Under the pieces are notes generated by a model, which had not been told where the DNA came from, did not search any database, and was given only the letters and a program-made list of their open reading frames with translations. The position numbers were made by a program, and so were the translations under genes. This document shows, one piece after another, positions 30,426 through 38,826 of a DNA stretch of 64,000 nucleotides (its first letter is position 1; each line of letters begins with the position of its first letter). Source of the stretch: Candidatus Moraniibacteriota bacterium (GTDB taxonomy: Bacteria > Patescibacteriota > Minisyncoccia > Moranbacterales > UBA1568). The stretch covers positions 551 to 64,550 of the forward strand of contig JAUSGT010000001.1 of assembly GCA_030648835.1 (NCBI GenBank), in the 5' to 3' direction.

Positions 30426-33002
30426 TTGTTGTATATTACAATCAAAATGCAAACAGAAAAACAATTACAAAACCTAATATTTTTAAGCATTGGTATAGTG
30501 GCAGCATTTGTTTTTGCTGTTCCGTTTTTTGTTCTTGCGCAGGAAACAGAGGGACCTGTTTTTGGTGACACAGTCCAGAGTAAAGCCGTGCTTTTGGCAA
30601 CAGTGAATATTTATAATGCTACTTTCATACAAACCGGAAACAATTTCTCCCTTTCCTTTGATTTAACGAATAAGGTTGGTGTTCAGCCGGGGATCAAATA
30701 CAGCGCCGTTCTCATAAAAGAAACAAAAGAGGGGCAGGTTGTTGTGGATGAACATGTCTATGACGAAGTTGTGGCTCTCGGTGAGAATAGCTCTGTGCAT
30801 AAAATAGTCGACTATACAGCCCCAGCCAATTTGGAAGGCGAATATACTCTTCTTATTTCAAGTAAAAATACGAGTGATTTTCCTTTTGGGCAAATCTTGC
30901 TCGGTACAGTAAACCTTCAAAAGAGCGCCACTGATGCGAATCCAATTGCTATAGACACACAGAGTTGCTACCTGACAGTAGAAGGGGAAGAAGGCCAGCC
31001 GCACCACGTCCCTTCTCAGGGCGTTGTTATTTCTTCTGCCGAAAATTTACAAAGTAATTGTTTGGTAGAGAATACTTCGAGTTCTCCAGTCGTTACCACA
31101 CCTTTATTTACCACTCGCGCGCGTTCAAATTTTGGCGGTACAGTAGACGCGCAAGGTGGTGATATCGGCTCCATCACACTGGCTCCGTACGAAAAGAGAA
31201 TGGTTGTCACCGCGCTCCCGAAACCGTTACTGTCTCAATCCTACTCTGTGAATCTGCAATATGGATCAACAAGCAATAGAATCTCCTATTATTACGTTAT
31301 TTCGGGTGGTGGCGCGACGATTCAAAGCATCCTTTTTGATAAAGACAATTATACAAAAGGAGAAACAGCGGATATTTCGTTTATGTGGTCACCATCCGTC
31401 GATACTCTTCGTAGCTTTTCTCAGGGAACAACCCCAAAACCAACTACATTTTCTGTCACTATTTTACTGGTTGACGAAAACGGAAATTCTTGTGCCAATC
31501 CTTTCAATCAATCCGTTACCAGCCAAGAAATGCGGTTGGAGCTTACGATACCTATGACTGCTTCTTGTCTTCACCCGAAAGCGGATGTGACACTCATGGA
31601 CGCACAGTCAAACACGTCATCCCACGTCTCATTTGAGACAGGGGTGGCATCTCCATCTTTGCAAAAAGGACCCAATGTAAAAATTGTCGCTCTTTCCGTG
31701 TTTGTGATCCTCTTATTCATCATAGGCGCCTTTGTCTTTTACAGAAAAAGAATTCGTATTTCTCTGCCGCCGACCTTGCTCTTCTTTATTGTCGTTATGG
31801 GGAGTATGTTTCTTGGCCCAGGCAGCGCGAAAGCGGATACATTTGCTATGGGTTACGGAGTTTACACAGTGTCAATCAATAAAGCCTCATATGCACCTGG
31901 TGAACCAATGACAATTTATGGTTCGGTGCGAAACCTCGTACCTTCTCTTACTTTTGAATTTCGTCTTTTCTATGCTATCGATACAAGTATTTATAATTCA
32001 TGTCCAAGTTGTCGCAATGTTTTTGATGTAGGTGTCGGGGGATCTCCTTATTCAACTTCTGTCAGCGCTTTTGCCCCATCTGGTGTAGGGGGGCATAGTG
32101 TTACTTTTCTTGCCGCTGATGCTGTGTTTGCGGGGGTTCATACGTTAGCGGGTGGTTTTACTGTTACATCGGCGTGCGCCCCAGATCAAGGTACTGCGTG
32201 TCCTTCAACAACTGCCAACGTTTGCGGTCAGACTCAGTCCGACGGCGCTATTCAATGCGATGGTTCTTGTTCATCAACTACGCCACCGATAACTACTCCC
32301 AATGGTACTACCTATCGTGCTTCCTGTGTCTCTTCCACCAACGCCTGTGATCAGACTCAGTCCGATGGCACTATTCAATGTGATGGTTCTTGCTCATCGA
32401 CTCCTCCACCGAATTCAAATTGTCCGCTTCCTACTCTCGATTTTTCTGCCAACCCGACCACAGTTACGTCTGGTGATTCATCAACCATCACCTGGACGAC
32501 AACTAATGCTACCTGGTGTTGGGCATGGTCGGATAATACGATGAACGATGGGAACTGGACAATTTTTGATGATGGCACCCCGGGTGATAATTGGAAAATT
32601 AGTACTGATGGAACTCATACTCAAACTGTCTTTCCGACTGCTTCCACTACGTATAGTATGGAATGCGGAAACAGTATCGATGCTTCTTCCGGAGCAAAGC
32701 AAGCCACGGTGACGGTGCCTGCGAGAATAAATGGTGGATGGTCTCTTTGGTCAAACTGTTCTTCTACAACTTGTGGAACGGATGGGACACAAACGAGAAC
32801 GTGTACCAACCCCGCTCCTTCGGGCGGCGGTGCGGATTGTGTTGGACCTCTCACTCAGAGTTGCACCAATCTGCCTTGCTGTATTCCGGATTGCAGCGCG
32901 GCTGTCAATTACTGTAGTGGCACTAGCTTCGATGACAGTTGTGGGGGATCATGCACCGGTACTCGCTTTTGCAATTTCAATTGGAAAGAAGTGGCGCCGT
33001 AG
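30426..33002 (+). CDS. Fusion-like surface protein: an N-terminal paralog of the 24259 anchor protein, an internal TM and signal-like segment, a thrombospondin type-1 repeat and the conserved Cys-rich C-terminus (P4)
   Basis: 858 aa. The signal peptide 'VAAFVFAVPFFVLAQETEGP' resembles that of the 24259 product. An internal stretch 'VALSVFVILLFIIGAFVFYRKRIRISLPPTLLFFIVVMGSMFLGPGSAKA' has TM, basic and signal-peptide-like character. The TSP1-like stretch is 'WSLWSNCSSTTCGTDGTQTRTC'. The protein ends 'FCNFNWKEVAP'. Confidence 0.6.
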   Translation: MLYITIKMQTEKQLQNLIFLSIGIVAAFVFAVPFFVLAQETEGPVFGDTVQSKAVLLATVNIYNATFIQTGNNFSLSFDLTNKVGVQPGIKYSAVLIKETKEGQVVVDEHVYDEVVALGENSSVHKIVDYTAPANLEGEYTLLISSKNTSDFPFGQILLGTVNLQKSATDANPIAIDTQSCYLTVEGEEGQPHHVPSQGVVISSAENLQSNCLVENTSSSPVVTTPLFTTRARSNFGGTVDAQGGDIGSITLAPYEKRMVVTALPKPLLSQSYSVNLQYGSTSNRISYYYVISGGGATIQSILFDKDNYTKGETADISFMWSPSVDTLRSFSQGTTPKPTTFSVTILLVDENGNSCANPFNQSVTSQEMRLELTIPMTASCLHPKADVTLMDAQSNTSSHVSFETGVASPSLQKGPNVKIVALSVFVILLFIIGAFVFYRKRIRISLPPTLLFFIVVMGSMFLGPGSAKADTFAMGYGVYTVSINKASYAPGEPMTIYGSVRNLVPSLTFEFRLFYAIDTSIYNSCPSCRNVFDVGVGGSPYSTSVSAFAPSGVGGHSVTFLAADAVFAGVHTLAGGFTVTSACAPDQGTACPSTTANVCGQTQSDGAIQCDGSCSSTTPPITTPNGTTYRASCVSSTNACDQTQSDGTIQCDGSCSSTPPPNSNCPLPTLDFSANPTTVTSGDSSTITWTTTNATWCWAWSDNTMNDGNWTIFDDGTPGDNWKISTDGTHTQTVFPTASTTYSMECGNSIDASSGAKQATVTVPARINGGWSLWSNCSSTTCGTDGTQTRTCTNPAPSGGGADCVGPLTQSCTNLPCCIPDCSAAVNYCSGTSFDDSCGGSCTGTRFCNFNWKEVAP

Positions 33003-33023
33003 AGAGAGTCAATGAAAACAAAA

Positions 33024-33056
33024 AAACACCCTTCGATAAGCTCAGGGTGTTTTTTC
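33024..33056. terminator. Bidirectional terminator between convergent P4 and relA
   Basis: Hairpin 'acaccct-tcgataagctc-agggtgt' flanked by A-run on one side and T-run on the other. Confidence 0.55.
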
Positions 33057-34590
33057 ATTCCGCGATATTCTTGAATTCGTTGTGGCGCAGTTCGTGGTGA
33101 ATATGTGATTTGGCGGTGGATGTTTTGACGAAGTCCAGCCAATCGCGGCTCGGTTTCTTTTTTTCTTTGACGGTGAGAATCTCGATCACTTGGCCGTTTT
33201 GGATGTGATAATCGAGCGGCACCATCTTGCGATCGGCTTTGGCGCCGACGGTGCGATTGCCGACTTCGCTATGGATAGCGTAGGCGAAATCGATCGGGGT
33301 GGCTTCCTCGGGCAACTCGATGATGTCGCCCTTGGGAGTAAAGGCAAAAATATGGTTTTTGAAAAATTCTATTTTCAGTCCTTCCATGAATTCTTTGTCG
33401 TCCCGGCCGATTTCTTTCTGCCACTCTTTCAGTTGTCTGACCCATGTGAGTTCCTTGGGTGGGACAGCGGAACTTTCTTTTCTGCGGAAGAAGAGATTGC
33501 GCCAGCTGGGACGCGCTTTTTCCGTGTACATCCAGTGGGCGGCGATGCCATACTCTGATTCGTCATGCATTTTTTGGGTGCGGATCTGGATTTCCAGAAT
33601 ACGACCATCGGGTCCGAAAATCGTGGTATGCAAGGATTGATACCCGTTGGGTTTAGGGAGCGAAATATAATCTTTGATGCGGCCGACCATCGGTCGGTAT
33701 TCGCGATGAATGATGCCGAGAGCTTCATAGCAATCGGCGATTTCCGGAACGACGATGCGGATGGCGATGAGATCATAGATGCGACTGACATCCATATCAT
33801 GACGCTTCAATTTTTGGTACAGGCGGTAGAGATGTTTGGTCCGCCCGGTGATATCGATGAGTTTGATTTTTTCTTTTTCCAAGACGCCATGGAAAAGTTT
33901 CACAATACGATTCATATATTCCTCGCCCTCATGCATGTAGGTTTCCTCGATTTTTTTCGTTTCCGCGTAGTGTTCGGGTTCGATGTATTTGAAACAGAGG
34001 TCTTCCAGTTCAACCTTGATTTCACCGATGCCGAGGCGGTTGGCGATGGGCGTGTAGATTTCCATTGTTTCTCGGGCGATGCGGAGCTGTTTTTCGGGGG
34101 GGAGATATTCCAGTGTGCGCATATTGTGCAACCGGTCGGCGAGTTTGATAATCACGACGCGGATATCCTGCGCCATAGCCAGGAACATCTTGCGGAGATT
34201 TTCGAGGTAGTATTCTTCTTTGGTGCCGCGCAACTTGATTTTTCCCAGTTTGGTGATGCCATCGATGAGGTAGGCCACTTCGGCGCCAAATTTTTTCTCA
34301 ATTTCGGCAAGCGTGACTTCCGTATCCTCCGGTACGTCATGGAGGATGGAAGCTACGATTGTTTTGGCATCCATGCCGATTTCGGTCAATGTTTTGGCTA
34401 CATGGAGACAGTGAGAAATATACTCAAGTCCGGATTTTCGTTTCTGGCCGTGGTGGGCACTGTCCGCGAAACGATAGGCTTCCGTGATGAGTTTCTGTTC
34501 ATCACTTGAGAAAGGGCGTCCTGTGGCGCTTATGATATCGCTGAGAGTAATCGGAGTGGGCATAGGCAAAAGAAAAAAACGTACATTCAT
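33055..34590 (-). CDS. Bifunctional (p)ppGpp synthetase/hydrolase (RelA/SpoT homolog)
   Basis: HD domain 'HGQKRKSGLEYISHCLHVAKTL...ILHDVPEDT', RelA/SpoT synthetase domain and a TGS domain. 511 aa, with no ACT-domain region. Confidence 0.9.
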   Translation of the reverse strand: MNVRFFLLPMPTPITLSDIISATGRPFSSDEQKLITEAYRFADSAHHGQKRKSGLEYISHCLHVAKTLTEIGMDAKTIVASILHDVPEDTEVTLAEIEKKFGAEVAYLIDGITKLGKIKLRGTKEEYYLENLRKMFLAMAQDIRVVIIKLADRLHNMRTLEYLPPEKQLRIARETMEIYTPIANRLGIGEIKVELEDLCFKYIEPEHYAETKKIEETYMHEGEEYMNRIVKLFHGVLEKEKIKLIDITGRTKHLYRLYQKLKRHDMDVSRIYDLIAIRIVVPEIADCYEALGIIHREYRPMVGRIKDYISLPKPNGYQSLHTTIFGPDGRILEIQIRTQKMHDESEYGIAAHWMYTEKARPSWRNLFFRRKESSAVPPKELTWVRQLKEWQKEIGRDDKEFMEGLKIEFFKNHIFAFTPKGDIIELPEEATPIDFAYAIHSEVGNRTVGAKADRKMVPLDYHIQNGQVIEILTVKEKKKPSRDWLDFVKTSTAKSHIHHELRHNEFKNIAE

Positions 34591-34714
34591 AGTATAGGTG
34601 ACCTTCGAGTAAAAAGAAAGTTAGGGCGCATCTTTCGGTAGAAGTTATAATTAACTAGTCTCAAGTAAACTCTATTTATCCCTCTCTTGAAGGAAGTAAT
34701 AAGTAAAACTTTGT

Positions 34715-34820
34715 TGTCATCCTGAACGGAGTTGAAGCCTGCCTGCCGGCGGGCAGGGATCTCGAAAAGAAGGAACTGTGCTTTCTATAACGGGATTCTT
34801 CGCTTTGCTCAGAAAGACAG
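34715..34820. repeat. MITE-like palindromic element, family copy B
   Basis: Termini 'tgtcatcctgaacg...acgggattcttcgctttgctcagaaagacag' match copy A in inverted orientation. Internal hairpin 'cctgccggcgggcagg'. Confidence 0.5.
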
Positions 34821-34890
34821 AGGATTCTACTTGAGATGGGGTCAATGATTCTTCTTGACAAACGCAACTCAGTTGCGTTAGAGTAAGTAT

Positions 34891-35316
34891 ATGGGATACG
34901 AAGAAGAAATTTTTACCGTATTGAAAACACACCATCTCCGCCTTACAAAGACACGCAAGGCTTTGATAGAGGTTTTTTTTCGGTATGAGGTTCCTCTTTC
35001 CGCACAGGATATTTCACGCGAGCTGTCAAAAATACAGAGAGCCGTCAACAAAACAACAGTGTATCGAGAACTGGAGCGGTTACGGGAAATAGGTATTATT
35101 GGAGCTGTTCAATTGGGAGATCGGAAACAATATTATGAGTTGGCTCTGCGTAGGCACCATCACCATCTCATCTGTTTACGTTGTGCGGTGGTAGAGGATA
35201 TTGATATGGATGAGCGAGCGCTTCTAGGTCAGGAGAAGCGAATACAAGGGGAAAAACACTTTACTATTCTCCGCCATTCGCTTGAATTTTTCGGGTTGTG
35301 TAAAATGTGTAGCTGA
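34891..35316 (+). CDS. Fur-family transcriptional regulator (probably Zur, given the adjacent ZIP transporter)
   Basis: 141 aa. Winged-helix N-terminus 'LRLTKTRKALIEVF...DISREL', a His-rich motif 'HHHHLICLRCAVV' and C-terminal 'CKMC'. Confidence 0.75.
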   Translation: MGYEEEIFTVLKTHHLRLTKTRKALIEVFFRYEVPLSAQDISRELSKIQRAVNKTTVYRELERLREIGIIGAVQLGDRKQYYELALRRHHHHLICLRCAVVEDIDMDERALLGQEKRIQGEKHFTILRHSLEFFGLCKMCS

Positions 35317-35324
35317 AAAATACT

Positions 35325-36074
35325 ATGATAACGGTCTATGTGTATACTTTTGTCGGGGTACTCGTGGTGAGTGTGATTTCTTTGGTGGGAGTATTTATTT
35401 TTTCCTCTCGAGAAGATATCTTGCGAAAATATATTTTTATATGTATCAGTCTGGCAGTGGGGGCGCTCCTCGGTGACGCGTTTATTCATCTGATACCCGA
35501 GGCGCTCGAAAAATCTTCGGACACCACCGCTACCGGTGTCTTCATCATTCTGGGTATCCTCTCGTTTTTTACTTTGGAAAAAGTTCTTCATTGGCACCAT
35601 CATGGCGAAGACGCGAAAGAAAATCATATTCATCCGGTAGGCAGACTGATACTTTTTTCGGATGGTGTCCATAACTTTTTGGACGGTACCATCATTGCGG
35701 CAAGTTTTATGGTGAGTGTTCCGGTAGGTGTCGCTACGACTCTCGCCGTTATCCTCCACGAGATACCCCAAGAGGTGGGAGATTTTGCCATATTGCTTCA
35801 CTCCGGGTACTCGAGGAGACGAGCTCTTGTGCTCAATTTTCTATCCGCTCTTACGGCGTTTGTGGGAGCTGTGGCTTTTTTCGCGTTTGGTGAACTTTCG
35901 AAATCTTTGGTGGATTATTTTATTCCTCTTGCCGCAGGAGGTTTTATTTATATTGCCGCTTCCGATCTTATCCCCGAACTCCACAAAACAAAGCAGGCGA
36001 GACACTCTCTCTACCAACTGGTGGCGGTGCTCTTGGGGGTTCTCGCCATGGTTGCTCTCGCCTTTTTAAACTAG
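35325..36074 (+). CDS. ZIP-family zinc transporter (ZupT-like)
   Basis: 249 aa with eight TM segments and the conserved 'HEIPQEVGDFAILL' metal-binding motif. Confidence 0.8.
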   Translation: MITVYVYTFVGVLVVSVISLVGVFIFSSREDILRKYIFICISLAVGALLGDAFIHLIPEALEKSSDTTATGVFIILGILSFFTLEKVLHWHHHGEDAKENHIHPVGRLILFSDGVHNFLDGTIIAASFMVSVPVGVATTLAVILHEIPQEVGDFAILLHSGYSRRRALVLNFLSALTAFVGAVAFFAFGELSKSLVDYFIPLAAGGFIYIAASDLIPELHKTKQARHSLYQLVAVLLGVLAMVALAFLN

Positions 36075-36111
36075 GATGGTTCTGTCCTGTGAATTACGAA
36101 ACTCCCATTTT

Positions 36112-36190
36112 CTGTCATCCCCGCGAAGGCGGGGATCCAGAATATGGCTTATTTACGAGAACCTAGATTCCCACCTTCGCGGGGATGACA
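36112..36190. repeat. MITE-like palindromic element, related family copy C (about 22 bp terminal inverted repeats, TGTCATCCCCGCGAAGGCGGGGA)
   Basis: It shares the terminal 'CTGTCATCC...GGATGACA' with copies A and B. Its interior is different. Confidence 0.45.
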
Positions 36191-36198
36191 ACTGGGAT

Positions 36199-36227
36199 TT
36201 GACACCTCTTTTTTGGCAGTCTATAAT
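36199..36227 (+). promoter_or_regulatory. Consensus sigma-70 promoter for groEL (TTGACA-N17-TATAAT)
   Basis: Exact hexamers with a 17 nt spacer, about 40 nt upstream of the groEL ATG. Confidence 0.65.
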
Positions 36228-36239
36228 TGAGAGTGCTAA
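36213..36239 (+). promoter_or_regulatory. CIRCE-like HrcA operator (TTGGCAGTC-N9-GAGTGCTAA) overlapping the groEL promoter
   Basis: The left half matches TTAGCACTC in 7 of 9 positions. The right half is the exact consensus GAGTGCTAA. The spacer is 9 nt. Confidence 0.55.
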
Positions 36240-36242
36240 TAG

Positions 36243-37910
<1,668 letters not shown>

Positions 37911-37946
37911 AAATGGAATCTAGAATTTTGAATTTAGAATCTTGGT

Positions 37947-37973
37947 AAAAGAGGCTTGAAAAGCCTCTTTTTG
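37947..37973 (+). terminator. Rho-independent terminator after groEL
   Basis: Hairpin 'aaaagaggcttgaaaagcctcttttt' followed by T-run. Confidence 0.65.
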
Positions 37974-38073
37974 TTTCTTTTATTTTAAAGTTTGGAAACG
38001 AGGGTTGAAAATGTGATACAATTGGAGCAAGGAGTGCCATTTTTTAAAACATTCAAAAAATTGGTTTTGTAAT

Positions 38074-38532
38074 ATGTTTATGTTGAAAGCTAACAAAGGG
38101 TCTGCCCTTGTTTTCTCACTAATCATTCTCGGATTTCTTTTGGTATCGGCTCTTTCCGTGGCGACTATCGCGGTGGCCGACAAAAAATCCGCTCTCTCTA
38201 CCGAGAAGTCCGGCATTTCTTTTCAGACTGCCGACAGTGGGATAGAGAGAGTTTTGCAAACAATTTATAAGAAGGCACCTACAGGCTTGGAAAGTTTGGC
38301 AACTAAATTGGGAGGCGGAGCTTCTTGCAGGAGTGGAGTGGTTTCTTTCTCTGTCGCTCAAGGAAACGTGAAAGTTTTCTTTTATGAAGGTGTAGAAGGT
38401 AAAACTCTTTATACAAGATGTAATAATGATGCTACTTGGCGGAGTACTATCAATAAAATTAAATCCGTAGGGACGTATGCCAATACGACGCGAGTGGTGG
38501 AAGTGAGCATAAATCCCCCTTCTCCTCCTTGA
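38074..38532 (+). CDS. Putative type IV pilus minor pilin / pseudopilin (PilX N-terminal-like)
   Basis: 152 aa. N-terminus 'KANKGSALVFSLIILGFLLVSALSVATIA' resembles the PilX_N hydrophobic segment. There is no canonical G-F-T-L-I-E prepilin cleavage motif. Confidence 0.4.
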   Translation: MFMLKANKGSALVFSLIILGFLLVSALSVATIAVADKKSALSTEKSGISFQTADSGIERVLQTIYKKAPTGLESLATKLGGGASCRSGVVSFSVAQGNVKVFFYEGVEGKTLYTRCNNDATWRSTINKIKSVGTYANTTRVVEVSINPPSPP

Positions 38533-38635
38533 AAATTTTCCAATCAAAAAACGCCTTTGCCAGGCGTTTTTTGATTTGGAGAAGCGTTAATGGGCGGGTA
38601 AACATTTCTTATCACTTCTTTTCTGCCACATCTAT

Positions 38636-38692
38636 TTTATGAGGGTTGTGGTTTGTACAAGTTTTATTGCTGCATCTTTCCGGGATTGTTTT
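38636..38692. repeat. 57 bp direct repeat, copy 1 (duplicate of the topA 3' end)
   Basis: Identical to 38838..38894. On the minus strand it encodes '...ERCSNKTCTNHNPHK', matching the TopA C-terminus. Confidence 0.7.
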
Positions 38693-38826
38693 TGGTCGCA
38701 GATAATATCCTCGCCGTCGCTCAGATATTTCCGCGACCCCGGCTCGCGGTTTCGTCTGCTGACGAAACATCGCTCCGCCCCACGAAAACAATAGTACACG
38801 CAAAGCAGTTTGCGTGTACCTCCTGT

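Noticed and set aside
33565-34509. 314 aa plus-strand ORF antisense to relA/spoT
   Set aside because: It is contained inside the confidently identified RelA/SpoT gene. Its F/D-rich low-complexity composition looks like a shadow ORF.
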